A stretch of 64,000 nucleotides of DNA, taken from the sequence record MZ475891.1; one strand, 5' to 3'. The position numbers and the translations under genes are program-made. Each line of letters opens with the position of its first letter. Positions within the stretch are counted from its first letter, which is position 1. Positions 1-9,892 of this stretch are shown here, piece after piece. The notes below the pieces were generated by a model, which searched no databases, had not been told where the DNA came from, and was given only the letters and a program-made list of their open reading frames with translations.

Positions 1-1446
1 CCGAATATCAAAGAAGCGTACAGGACGGCCATGATGGGCCGTCTTGGCGTTTCCCATTTCAGTTCGGAGATCACTCGCAAAGCATTCCGCCGCATCACCA
101 AGCTGGTGGAAGTTAAAAGCGAAATAATTGAATGGGACGACTTGCTGGAAGACCCGAACTTGGCAGAAGAGTTCAGGGATAGTCTGCGCGAAGCAGATGA
201 GAAGCCAGCAAAGAGCATGAAGGGATTCGACCGCGTCTACGACAATCTGGAGAAGTATCGTCAACGCCGTGACATTATGAATATCGGTAAGATGATTGCG
301 AAAGATTTCGGTGAAGCGGATGCCGAAGAGTTCAACGAGCAAGAGTATATGCAAGGTCTGGCTGATAAGCTGGGTCAAGCGCAACGCGGCACTCGTTCTA
401 CCGAGAAAGTGCATACGTTCGGTGGTAAGAAAAGCAACGCTATCAAACTGGCGAAGCAAGTTATCCTGAACCCGAAAGAGGTGATGTACAAGACAGGCTT
501 CAAGAACTACGACAAACGAAATGGCGGTTGGCCTACAACGGGTGTCGTACTCTTAGCAGGTTCTACCTCTGGCGGTAAGTCTGTAATCTCGATGAACATC
601 GCCGATGCAATGGCAAAGATTAATGGCATCCACTGTTTGAAGGTCACCCTTGAGATGACTGCCGAGCAGGAGATGAAGCGTATGCTGTCCATGATCAGCG
701 GCATCGAGTTCAACAAGATCAAGCAGGGCAAGTTATCGAAGCGTGAGCAGAAGCAGTTAATTGAAGCTGCGAAGCAATACGACAAGATCATGACCAAGTC
801 TAAGGGACGTAACTCATTCACGTCTCCAGAGCGCGGCATGTCTATCGATGACGTTCTGTATATGTCTATCCCGTACGGCGTTCACGTAACCTTCATCGAC
901 TACGTTGGTCTGTTAGAAGGTGTGGACAACGACAACCAGTGGCGTGAACTGTCCACGATTGTTCGTAAAGCGAAAGTACACGCGAACGCAACAGGTCAGC
1001 TTGTTGTTATCCTGTGTCAGCTTGATGACCAGTCTGGTCGTATTCGTTACTCTGGTGGTATGCGTGAGCACGCCGACGTTGTATGGTCATGGAACTACTC
1101 TGACCCTGAGATTCGTGAAGGTCACGTTATCCCGATGCAGGTAATGAAAGCGCGTGATGGTGAGTTGTTCGAAATGGCAATCGCCGAAGCGTTCCACTTG
1201 ATGCGTGTGTCTGACGCAGAAGAAGGTGCTGAGATTCCTCAACGTGCTACAACGTCAGATGATGTTGGTGGATCTCCTGCAAAAGGTAATTTCAAGAAGA
1301 AAGGTAAGGGTAAAGACAAGATCGAAATCAAGAAGTCTCGACGTGCAGCAGCAGCGTTCCTATCAAGCGGCAGCGACGATGATGACGACGATGAAGATCT
1401 GCCGAAGAAGAAAAAGAAACGCAAGCAATATGACGTTGCTGCGTAA
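1..1446 (+). CDS. dnaB: Replicative DNA helicase, DnaB-like (5' truncated by window edge)
   Basis: Frame is open from base 1; Walker A GSTSGGKS, TLEM motif, Walker B FIDYVG, LCQL and KARDG motifs. Confidence 0.88.
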   Translation, partial: PNIKEAYRTAMMGRLGVSHFSSEITRKAFRRITKLVEVKSEIIEWDDLLEDPNLAEEFRDSLREADEKPAKSMKGFDRVYDNLEKYRQRRDIMNIGKMIAKDFGEADAEEFNEQEYMQGLADKLGQAQRGTRSTEKVHTFGGKKSNAIKLAKQVILNPKEVMYKTGFKNYDKRNGGWPTTGVVLLAGSTSGGKSVISMNIADAMAKINGIHCLKVTLEMTAEQEMKRMLSMISGIEFNKIKQGKLSKREQKQLIEAAKQYDKIMTKSKGRNSFTSPERGMSIDDVLYMSIPYGVHVTFIDYVGLLEGVDNDNQWRELSTIVRKAKVHANATGQLVVILCQLDDQSGRIRYSGGMREHADVVWSWNYSDPEIREGHVIPMQVMKARDGELFEMAIAEAFHLMRVSDAEEGAEIPQRATTSDDVGGSPAKGNFKKKGKGKDKIEIKKSRRAAAAFLSSGSDDDDDDEDLPKKKKKRKQYDVAA

Positions 1447-1457
1447 AGGAACTGACC

Positions 1458-1706
1458 ATGAGTGATATTCAGCTACAGGAATTCACGCAAGAAATTCGTG
1501 ATGACCTGTCGAAAGACTTTGTGTATCACATCCGTACCAAGGACGGTACGGAGCACACTGGTATGTGGCCCAACTATGCAGGCTTTCATTGTCTCAACCC
1601 AAATGAGGGCAAGCGCATTAGTATGGATGATGTTACGCACATCAGTGAGCAAATGACCTTCGACGATCACTCGGACAAATACGTCTTCAATCGTGAAAAA
1701 GTTTGA
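1458..1706 (+). CDS. Hypothetical protein
   Basis: 82-aa ORF with AAGGA RBS, packed after the helicase. Confidence 0.7.
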   Translation: MSDIQLQEFTQEIRDDLSKDFVYHIRTKDGTEHTGMWPNYAGFHCLNPNEGKRISMDDVTHISEQMTFDDHSDKYVFNREKV

Positions 1707-2490
1707 GGGTCCATACGGGCTAGTTGAGTCCGATAACCTTGTCCCACGTTGGACGTACCCTATTGTGCATGGTAGAGTTCGTCAGGTAGAAGCGTGGGAA
1801 CTTGATACGCTACCAAACGTTTCCACAGAAGTTCGTATGGTAAACGATATTCATGCAATTCACAGCACCCCCGTAGAGGATTATGATGACACAATCGACC
1901 TCGAAGCAGAAGCCGAAACGTATTCAAAAACTGAATCCCGACTTCTTATCAAACCTAAGCTCAATGAAATCAGAGCCCGTAAAAACCAAAGTAACACTGG
2001 TCCAGAGAACGTCTTCTCTGTAGCTCCTGAAGTTCTTGACCGTACGCTGGACAGCATTGATCAGCACAGCGAATCCTTCCGTGATTACCTGTTGCATCAA
2101 GTGTTCAGTCCAATCTTAGGCTTTGATATAGCGGCGGGTGAAGTCGAAGCAATTGCGCGTGATTGTCTCAAGACCCCTCTTGAGATCGACAGTGAACTCG
2201 TTCCCTATCTCGAACGAATCGGACTTGCTAATATCATAGGAGTGATGTTGGGCAAATCTGAGTCTGTACCAGAAATCGTGCGTGCAGACGTACTCAAAGA
2301 CTGGCTGATTAAGTCATTCGATGATATTCGTTTAGACAATAAAACGAAAGCTAACGGTACGAAGCTGCGTGATCAAATACGCCGCCTGATGCACGGTAAC
2401 GACGAGCTAGTTGCTCAAGGTGCTGGCATTGGTTCTACCCGAGGCTATTCGGAAGCGAGGAAGCAACAGAAAGAAAATGGCAAAGCCTAA
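1693..2490 (+). CDS. Hypothetical protein (position compatible with a terminase small subunit)
   Basis: 265-aa ORF overlapping the terminase start; function suggested by position only. Confidence 0.55.
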   Translation: MKKFEGPYGLVESDNLVPRWTYPIVHGRVRQVEAWELDTLPNVSTEVRMVNDIHAIHSTPVEDYDDTIDLEAEAETYSKTESRLLIKPKLNEIRARKNQSNTGPENVFSVAPEVLDRTLDSIDQHSESFRDYLLHQVFSPILGFDIAAGEVEAIARDCLKTPLEIDSELVPYLERIGLANIIGVMLGKSESVPEIVRADVLKDWLIKSFDDIRLDNKTKANGTKLRDQIRRLMHGNDELVAQGAGIGSTRGYSEARKQQKENGKA

Positions 2491-5311
2491 GAAGGGTCCA
2501 GCCTTCCAACTTCGTCCCAAGCGCATAGCTGCATTCGATGCACTGCTTGGTGATGATTTTGAGGAGGCTTCATCTGAGGCGGAAGGGTTAGACTTCCTCT
2601 CAGAAAATAGCGCTAATGCCATAGACTTCCTTGAGAAAGGGGAAGTGAACGTAGTTGACTTGGTGGAGAGTGCGCTAGAGCAGCGTACCCTCGTACCACG
2701 CGACTTGAAGTTCGATGATAGCTCAATGCCGAAAGCAAAGAACTTCTTGGACTGGTGTACTAATCCAAAGTTCCTTAAAGCTGAGCCGTATCTTGAGCAG
2801 GCCATGATCGGTCTGCGTTTGTTTGGTGAGATCTGCGTAAGATGTTCGCCTAACCTACAATGGATGTATACAGAGAATCATGAGCCGCAGGAGGGTACTG
2901 CCGCTATCGGGAAGCATTTGCATCTTCTCCATAACGGTGTGTGTCCTCACTGCGGCGCTCGTCGTTCTGATATGATTCGTAACAAGGAGATTAACTTCTA
3001 CAACGAGCTGGCAGTGAATGCCGGTCAGCGTTGTGTGATTGCGTCTACGCCTGTAGCGACGAACAACGGCATCATGCCTATCGGTCACATGATGATCGGT
3101 CATGACACGCCTGGCTTCCACAAACCTCGTCGCAATTTCAGTGCGCACAACGGACGTGAGATCAAAAAGGTTAGTCAGGTCTATGTGTCAAGCGAGAGTC
3201 CTACCAAGGTCATTACACTCGCTAACGGCATCTGGATTGAAGCAACACACGATCACCCTATCCGTACAGAGACGGGCTTTAAGAAGACCGATAAACTCGT
3301 GCGTGGTGAACGTGTTGAAGTAGCTGTCGGCACGAACACGTGGGGCAAGATACAGCGTCCTACGACTATCTACGAAGCTGGATTGTCTACGCGTGAAGAT
3401 GCGTTGCGATACATTGCAGACAGATCGATTCCGTTCGGCGAAAGCAAGCTACAGTACGTCTCAGAGGACGTTGACGCGATTCAGATGGTATGGTCTATTC
3501 TGCTTAACGCGGGATTTGTGCCGAGCGTGCTGCATGGTGGCGAGGGTTATAGCGTTCTCTACTCTCTGACCGATGAGCCTCAGCGTTGTTCTAAGCACAT
3601 CGAGATCATGTTCGTTGAAGAGGGTACGCCGCAGATAACATACGACTTGCAGATGGAAGGTCTGCCTCAGTTCGTAGCGTCCGGCCTCGTACATCACAAC
3701 AGCGGTAAGTCAGTTGTTGTTGCAATGATCTCTACCTATCTGACGCACAGACTGCTTATGTCGCAGTCGCCTACGGGCATCTTGAGCATCGACAGCACAA
3801 CCGTATTGCACGGTACGTTCGTTGCTCTTACCCAGAAGCAAGCGGCAGATACATTGTGGACTCCCTACTTCAACTACATCATGGGCAGTCCCTGGTTCCA
3901 AGCATACCATGACCTGATTCGTAAACACGAACGGCGCTATGGTATCGAAGTAATGAAGATTCGTGACACGTTCATTCTGTACGGTCACCGTAGCTTTGTT
4001 ATTTATCCTGCAGGTCCTGATGGACGTATTCTTCGTGGTCGAACCCGTGTACTAGCGGTAATCGATGAAGTGGCGTATTTCGACAACGACGCCCAATCGA
4101 AGAAAATCAAAGTCAGTGCTAATGCCGTGTACGGCGCTCTCGACCGCTCGCTCGCCACTGTGCGTGCTAAGGAGAAGCGGCAAGTCGAAGCCGGATATGA
4201 TGAGGCGTTTACGGGTTACTTCTGCAACATTAGTAGCCCGGTACATGCACGCGATAAGATCAATGAACTGATGCGCATGGCAGTTGACTCGAAAACGTTG
4301 CTGGGCATTCATGCTCCTACGTGGAAGATGAACCCAGACATGCCGCGTGACTCAGAGTTCTTGCTCGAAGCGTTCCGTCGTGACCCTGTTGGTGCGGCGC
4401 GTGACTACGGTGCAGAAGCTCCGTTGTCTGCTAACCCGTTCATCACTCAGCCTATCTTTATCGAACAGGCGATACGTGATAAGGGTCGTTCGCTGTGCAG
4501 CTACACGCATCATATTCTACGTCACAAAGATGGCCAGAGACAGCGTTATGGTAGTCTCGTTAAAGCAGTTGAGACAAACAAGAACAGCATCCTCGCAATC
4601 GATGCAGGCTATTCAAACAACAGCTTCTCGCTGGTGACTGGTAGCCGTGACGAAGCAGGGATCATCTCGGTAGACTGCGTTGTGGAGATTATTCCTAAGC
4701 CAGGCATACCTCTCAACTACACGATGATATTCGATGAACTGCTTGTGCCTCTGTGTCGCCTGCGTAACGTTCGCGTAATGCTTGCCGACCAATGGCAGTC
4801 CCTCAAGCTGCTGCAGGATGCGAAGATCAAATGTCCTTCAATCGAAGCTGCCGACAAGTACAGTCTCAAGTATGAGGACATGTGGACAGTTAAGACGATG
4901 TTTGAATCTCAGCCGTCGCGTATCAGCCTGCCTCGTATGGGCTTTGCGAAGACCATTCAGGAAACGTTGCAGTATAACGGTGACGAGTACCCACACTGCT
5001 TTGAGAACAAGCCTACAGAGCACTTGATAATGCAGCTACAGACTGTGCAAGACACAGGCCGTGGCGTTATCAAGAACACAGGTGCAACAGATGACTTGTG
5101 GCGTGCTATGGCTCTCATGGTATATGGCTTTGAGTGTGGTGAATATGAGGAGTTCTTGTCCACTCCTGCGAAAATCAGCGTTAACCGTGACCCGAATCGT
5201 CTGGGTCGTGTTGCTGGTCGTCTTAACAAAGGTGTTGCAGGGTCTAGTGGTAAGACAGCTCCTACTCGCGTTCTTGGTAGCGCTGCGACTCGTATGATTG
5301 GTCGCAAATAA
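2477..5311 (+). CDS. terL: Terminase large subunit, intein-containing
   Basis: Walker A AGQR/SGKS split by an intein, Walker B LAVIDEVAYFD, nuclease motif LAIDAGYSNNSF; likely start ATG 2477. Confidence 0.88.
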   Translation: MAKPKKGPAFQLRPKRIAAFDALLGDDFEEASSEAEGLDFLSENSANAIDFLEKGEVNVVDLVESALEQRTLVPRDLKFDDSSMPKAKNFLDWCTNPKFLKAEPYLEQAMIGLRLFGEICVRCSPNLQWMYTENHEPQEGTAAIGKHLHLLHNGVCPHCGARRSDMIRNKEINFYNELAVNAGQRCVIASTPVATNNGIMPIGHMMIGHDTPGFHKPRRNFSAHNGREIKKVSQVYVSSESPTKVITLANGIWIEATHDHPIRTETGFKKTDKLVRGERVEVAVGTNTWGKIQRPTTIYEAGLSTREDALRYIADRSIPFGESKLQYVSEDVDAIQMVWSILLNAGFVPSVLHGGEGYSVLYSLTDEPQRCSKHIEIMFVEEGTPQITYDLQMEGLPQFVASGLVHHNSGKSVVVAMISTYLTHRLLMSQSPTGILSIDSTTVLHGTFVALTQKQAADTLWTPYFNYIMGSPWFQAYHDLIRKHERRYGIEVMKIRDTFILYGHRSFVIYPAGPDGRILRGRTRVLAVIDEVAYFDNDAQSKKIKVSANAVYGALDRSLATVRAKEKRQVEAGYDEAFTGYFCNISSPVHARDKINELMRMAVDSKTLLGIHAPTWKMNPDMPRDSEFLLEAFRRDPVGAARDYGAEAPLSANPFITQPIFIEQAIRDKGRSLCSYTHHILRHKDGQRQRYGSLVKAVETNKNSILAIDAGYSNNSFSLVTGSRDEAGIISVDCVVEIIPKPGIPLNYTMIFDELLVPLCRLRNVRVMLADQWQSLKLLQDAKIKCPSIEAADKYSLKYEDMWTVKTMFESQPSRISLPRMGFAKTIQETLQYNGDEYPHCFENKPTEHLIMQLQTVQDTGRGVIKNTGATDDLWRAMALMVYGFECGEYEEFLSTPAKISVNRDPNRLGRVAGRLNKGVAGSSGKTAPTRVLGSAATRMIGRK
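3032..3700 (+). mobile_element. Intein (223 aa) in the terminase Walker A motif
   Basis: Starts CVIASTPV, block B ATHDHPI, ends LVHHN, followed by Ser; removal restores AGQRSGKS. Confidence 0.9.
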
Positions 5312-5348
5312 GCTAATTTAACCAAGAAAGCCACTTGAGGAAAAGATC

Positions 5349-5567
5349 ATGGAAAACAAGTTTTACAACCCACTGACAGCCGCCGAGACTGTAAAGTCAC
5401 AGTCAAGCACGGATAAGGCAGAAAGTACGAGCGGTGCATTTCAAGTTGAAAACCCGAACGTCTGTCCTAAGTGCGCATCGTCTACTGTCCCCACTCAGTT
5501 ACTTGACGGGGAACAGGTGATGTTCTGCACATCCTGCCGTGTGAGTCTCGCCATTCCATTGAAGTGA
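5349..5567 (+). CDS. Small zinc-ribbon protein
   Basis: CPKC...CTSC; GAGG RBS. Confidence 0.65.
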   Translation: MENKFYNPLTAAETVKSQSSTDKAESTSGAFQVENPNVCPKCASSTVPTQLLDGEQVMFCTSCRVSLAIPLK

Positions 5568-5574
5568 GGTTATA

Positions 5575-7500
5575 ATGGGCATTCGTGTCGGACGCCAGTA
5601 CGCTGGCTCTCCACCGGAGGAGGCCAAGAAAAAGAAACAGTCTACTCTTGGCTCCGCATCCCTCCCCCGAGCAGTAGGCGAAGCTATCCGCAGTGAGAGT
5701 TCGAAGCGTCACACAGAGTTTCTTTCTCAGTCTGCTGGTGGCGCAGGAATGGCTGCTGGTAATATGCAGATTGGTACCGTACCGCTAGACATTGACTTAG
5801 AGCCAATGATGGAAGGTATGGACTATGATGCTGATGACCGACAGCTATTCAACGTCTACCGCGATATGTATCACTTCGACCCAATCTGCGGCTCTTACGT
5901 GGACTTGTTCTCAACGCTGCCGTTCTCTGATGTGAGTTTCAGTGGCGCGAAGGACAGTGTGCTTGAGCCGTATTACGAAGTGAACGAACGTCTGTCACTG
6001 ACGTCCAGTATGCCGAACATCTGTACCGATATTCAGGTTACTGGCGCGTTCATTGGCAGCATGATCTACAACAAAGACCGTAAGAAATTCATCGACCTGA
6101 TGACGCACCGTTACGACAACATCGACGTGACACCGCTTCCGTTTATCAGTCAGGACCCGATGTTTGACTTGCGTATTCCTCAGTACGTGAAGCAAGCCTT
6201 CAACAAAGAAGGTAAGCGAATCGATGCGCTCAAGAAAGAGCTGGGGCCTGGCTTTGTTGAAAAGCTGATGAACGATCAAACGATGGAGCTTGACCCTATT
6301 GGGACAATCTATATCCCTCGCAAGACGTTCACTTTCGGTGAAGGTATCTCTGTATTCCGTCGTGTGTTGCCTATCTGGCTAATTGAGAAGAACCTGTATC
6401 GCGGTACGTTGATTGAATCTGGTCGTCGTCAACGCGGTATTCTTCATGCTCAGTTGGGTGATGGCGATCAGTGGGAACCTTCGCAGGAAGAAATGGATTT
6501 CATGACAGACCTGTTGCTGTCTGCTGATAGTGACCCTATCGGTAGTATCATCACAACTCGTCTGGGCGTCAACATTAGTGAGTTCCGCCAAGGCGGTGAC
6601 TTCTGGAAGATTACCGATATCTGGGACCAGACTGCTACGTTTAAGATGCGTGCAATGGGTATCAGTGAGGCATTCCTGAGTGGTGAAGCCAACTATGATT
6701 CCGGTGCTGCTGGCCTGACTATCTTTGTCGAGGCGATGCGTGCTTTCCGTGATCATCTGACGCGTAAGGTCTACTATGAGAAAGTCTTCCCGCTTATCAG
6801 TATGATGAATGGCCTTGCTGTTCAGCGTAACGGTAAGATCGTTAAGAAGAACAATCTCATGGACGGCGGCCTGACCGAAGTTATGCACAGACTGAATGAC
6901 GGCTCTAAGCTGTTTATCCCGAACGTGCATTGGTCTAAGCAGCTTCGTCCTGATGTTGACCAAGCGATGATGGAAAACTTGCGTGCTATGACTGAACTGG
7001 GTGTTCCAGTTCCGTTACGTGCAATCGCATCTGCTGGTGGCTACAACTTCGACCAGATTCTGATGGACCAAGATGAAGACCTCGCTATGCGCCGTAAGCT
7101 GATGGCTTATAAGAAGCGTATGGCAGAAGTTGATTCTGAGTTCAAAGCACCAGAAGAAGGCGCGGAAGGTGGCGATAGCTTTAGTTCTGTTTCTAACGAT
7201 CTCAAGCGCCGTCGTCGTCACATTGCAGGTATCGGTTTGTCCTCAGCTGTGCTCGGCGGTGAACGTCGCAAAGGCCTGCTAGGTCGTGATTTCGGTGAGC
7301 AGTCAGAAGTCTTTGAGTTCACCAAAACCGGTAAGAAGAAACACATCATCGGTCAGGCGCGTGCTAACCATAAAGCGAACGATGCTATTTGGAAAGCAGC
7401 ACGCAACTATGAAGCCAACAAAACGATGCCTCTTGATAACGGTAAAGTGTCCTTTGAGCCTACCGCGCAAGAGCTTCGCGCTATGTCGAGACTTCGCTAA
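5575..7500 (+). CDS. Probable portal protein
   Basis: 641 aa, two genes downstream of terL; size and synteny plus weak portal-like segments. Confidence 0.6.
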   Translation: MGIRVGRQYAGSPPEEAKKKKQSTLGSASLPRAVGEAIRSESSKRHTEFLSQSAGGAGMAAGNMQIGTVPLDIDLEPMMEGMDYDADDRQLFNVYRDMYHFDPICGSYVDLFSTLPFSDVSFSGAKDSVLEPYYEVNERLSLTSSMPNICTDIQVTGAFIGSMIYNKDRKKFIDLMTHRYDNIDVTPLPFISQDPMFDLRIPQYVKQAFNKEGKRIDALKKELGPGFVEKLMNDQTMELDPIGTIYIPRKTFTFGEGISVFRRVLPIWLIEKNLYRGTLIESGRRQRGILHAQLGDGDQWEPSQEEMDFMTDLLLSADSDPIGSIITTRLGVNISEFRQGGDFWKITDIWDQTATFKMRAMGISEAFLSGEANYDSGAAGLTIFVEAMRAFRDHLTRKVYYEKVFPLISMMNGLAVQRNGKIVKKNNLMDGGLTEVMHRLNDGSKLFIPNVHWSKQLRPDVDQAMMENLRAMTELGVPVPLRAIASAGGYNFDQILMDQDEDLAMRRKLMAYKKRMAEVDSEFKAPEEGAEGGDSFSSVSNDLKRRRRHIAGIGLSSAVLGGERRKGLLGRDFGEQSEVFEFTKTGKKKHIIGQARANHKANDAIWKAARNYEANKTMPLDNGKVSFEPTAQELRAMSRLR

Positions 7501-7826
7501 TGTATCGCTTCCAGACTTGTCCCATTGAAGGTACGAAGGAGCTGGTGGTGTATCGCCACCCTTCGTTCTCCAACTACGGTCTGGCCTTAAAGGTAAATCG
7601 CACTGGTGAGCAAGACGCTGTTCAGTGCGATATTGTCTCAGGCAACATTGATGGCGTCTCTCGTCTGGACGCCATTACAGACCATACTGCTCCACTTGAT
7701 GTACAGCTATGGGCTTTTACCTGTATGCACATCTTGCGGGAATCTGTAAATATCGAGAGCATTAATCTTGATACGCTGTTTAGCAATAATGGCGGTATCG
7801 TATACTATGGTACTTCAGGAGAATAA
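7500..7826 (+). CDS. Hypothetical protein
   Basis: Start overlaps the upstream stop codon. Confidence 0.65.
   Translation: MYRFQTCPIEGTKELVVYRHPSFSNYGLALKVNRTGEQDAVQCDIVSGNIDGVSRLDAITDHTAPLDVQLWAFTCMHILRESVNIESINLDTLFSNNGGIVYYGTSGE
7744..7751 (+). promoter_or_regulatory. CTGTAAAT motif (putative phage promoter)
   Basis: Recurrent 8-mer, 77 nt upstream of the 7829 start. Confidence 0.5.
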
Positions 7827-7828
7827 TC

Positions 7829-8215
7829 GTGAGCGGAATGTTTCCTCATCATGTAATTGAACAAAAGAAAGGCTTCGTGTTTATCGTTACTCCGATTGAG
7901 GACGATCCAGACAGTCTCGAAGCTGCGGAAGAAGTGCGTGCCGTACTCGAAGAGTCGTGGCCTACTGCACCTTCTGAGTTGACCGTGGACGACGTTCGCG
8001 ATCCTGAAGAAGCTGAGTTAATCTTGGCTGACATTCTGGAGGTTCTGGGCGAAGCAGAATCTGAGTACGCGAACAAAGTCCTGATCAACAGCGTAATTGT
8101 TGTCGGCGCTCTGGCCATCGTTAACGTCCTGCTGCTGGACGAAGAAGTCAATTCCGAAGAAGAGGAAGAAGACGATGACGCTGATCAGTCTGCGGACGAA
8201 GAAGAGTTCGAATAA
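7829..8215 (+). CDS. Highly acidic hypothetical protein
   Basis: GTG start after GGAG; Glu/Asp-rich C-terminus. Confidence 0.7.
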   Translation: MSGMFPHHVIEQKKGFVFIVTPIEDDPDSLEAAEEVRAVLEESWPTAPSELTVDDVRDPEEAELILADILEVLGEAESEYANKVLINSVIVVGALAIVNVLLLDEEVNSEEEEEDDDADQSADEEEFE

Positions 8216-8224
8216 CGTAGACCG

Positions 8225-8244
8225 TGAGGACCTTCGGGTCCTCA
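8225..8244 (+). promoter_or_regulatory. cUUCGg hairpin covering the RBS of the next gene
   Basis: TGAGGACC-TTCG-GGTCCTCA; 8-bp stem ends on the A of ATG 8244. Confidence 0.55.
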
Positions 8245-8378
8245 TGAATCTAACAGACAAGCATCCCGTACTTGCCGCCAAGTATCTCACTAATCAGACC
8301 CCTGTGTATGCGCGTGCGTTACTTGATGAACTCAACAACGAGGAAGTATCTGACCTCTACTATCAAATGGTAGCATGA
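8244..8378 (+). CDS. Small hypothetical protein
   Basis: 44-aa ORF MNLTDKHP..., coupled to the next gene. Confidence 0.5.
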   Translation: MNLTDKHPVLAAKYLTNQTPVYARALLDELNNEEVSDLYYQMVA

Positions 8379-8857
8379 TGGACAAAACAGAGAGCGCAAG
8401 CTCCAATAGCGAAAGGCACCGAATCTATTTCAGGCAGCCGCAACGAGTACCTCCCTTCGATACAGCTTTTGTTCGTGCGTCAGACACCACGAGCCTCAAG
8501 CTGCTTCTCTCGGCTGCTCCTGAACATTGTCAGATCATATTGTTTACGGACGGCACCGGCACTGCTTATGCCATGAAACGCCTCTTTAAGCGCAAATTCC
8601 TTTTGAACTCTCAAGCTCTACAACTCGATCTGCCTACGATAACACTTACAGGTCAGGTCGTTTATCAGTTCGTTCGCGGCGGCTCTGTGCGCGACAAACT
8701 GAGTCGTTACTTCTGTGCTGGACCAAGCTATCTGCATGAGCTGGCACAAACGTCCGTTGAATCAGACGTTCTCGATATGTTCTGTTTGGGCTTAGACTTC
8801 CATGCGGTATTGCGTGCGAGGGAGCGTGGCCGTTCTATTGTCTTTACGGAGGAATAA
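8375..8857 (+). CDS. Hypothetical protein
   Basis: 160-aa ORF, overlapping start/stop on both sides. Confidence 0.65.
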   Translation: MMDKTESASSNSERHRIYFRQPQRVPPFDTAFVRASDTTSLKLLLSAAPEHCQIILFTDGTGTAYAMKRLFKRKFLLNSQALQLDLPTITLTGQVVYQFVRGGSVRDKLSRYFCAGPSYLHELAQTSVESDVLDMFCLGLDFHAVLRARERGRSIVFTEE

Positions 8858-9885
8858 TGGGAAGAACGTTTGCGTCAGTGACTCGCCACTCACCTGTCGC
8901 TCAAATACCTAAGATGGAAATCAAATACGGTAAGAAGCCTATGCTTCACGTAGTTGATGCATCTAACTGGATGTGTCGTGCTTACTTTGCCACACGCGAT
9001 AATCCTGTATATGCATCAGACGGTACACCCATCTACGGCCTGCGCCAGTTTCTGTACATGGTTCAGGACCTGATTGATATAGCAGCCAAAGACCCTAACG
9101 GTTGCTACATTGCTTTCTGCTTCGACCCAAGCTCAAACGAAACGTGGCGGTATCGTGCTCTGCAAAACTGGGCAGCAACCAAGAAGAAGAAATTCATCAG
9201 AGGCGTGTTCAAGAAAAGCAGCGACTATAAAGGCAACCGAGACCGCTCTCAAACAGCCGAGCTTGGTGTGCAGATGATTTTAGCGCGGCAGATTCTTGAA
9301 CTTGCAGGCTTCTATGTTGGCCTGAAAAAGCCATACGAGTGCGACGACCTTGTAGGAACTATCTGTCATAGATTCAAGCGCAAGTATCTGATCAAACTCT
9401 ACTCACGCGATAAGGACTATGTACAGCTTGTTGATCACAAGAACGTTGAACTCATTATGCAGGCGCAGTCTAACGCAAAAGAACGCCGCTTCGATTTCAA
9501 AACAGCGAAAGGCTTCTTCGGTGTTCCTGCCGACCGTGTTATCGATATGCTCGCGCTGTGCGGTGATGGTGTCGATAACGTTCCAGGCATTCCTGGTATT
9601 GGCGAGAAGACTGCTATTGAACATATTCATCGCCATGGTGGTGCTATTGAACTTCGTGACGCTCTGCTTAATGGCAAAGTGAAATCGAATGCAGGCTGGG
9701 CTAAAGCATTGCGCTCAGAGATTCCTTCGATGGACCTTGAACTCCAGATGGAGCTTGTCACTATCTGCCGCAACGTGCCGGGCATGCCTCGCACTATTGA
9801 TGCGTTTGCTAATCGCACGCCTGATGTTAAAGCGCTCAAAGCAGTTAAGAAGCGTCTGGGCCTGACTAAACTATTACACGTATAG
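8857..9885 (+). CDS. 5'-3' exonuclease / flap endonuclease (Pol I N-terminal or T4 RNase H type)
   Basis: VVDASNWMCRAYF, YKGNR, ECDDLVGT, SRDKDYVQL and H3TH motif GDGVDNVPGIPGIGEKTA. Confidence 0.93.
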   Translation: MGRTFASVTRHSPVAQIPKMEIKYGKKPMLHVVDASNWMCRAYFATRDNPVYASDGTPIYGLRQFLYMVQDLIDIAAKDPNGCYIAFCFDPSSNETWRYRALQNWAATKKKKFIRGVFKKSSDYKGNRDRSQTAELGVQMILARQILELAGFYVGLKKPYECDDLVGTICHRFKRKYLIKLYSRDKDYVQLVDHKNVELIMQAQSNAKERRFDFKTAKGFFGVPADRVIDMLALCGDGVDNVPGIPGIGEKTAIEHIHRHGGAIELRDALLNGKVKSNAGWAKALRSEIPSMDLELQMELVTICRNVPGMPRTIDAFANRTPDVKALKAVKKRLGLTKLLHV

Positions 9886-9892
9886 GAATGAT

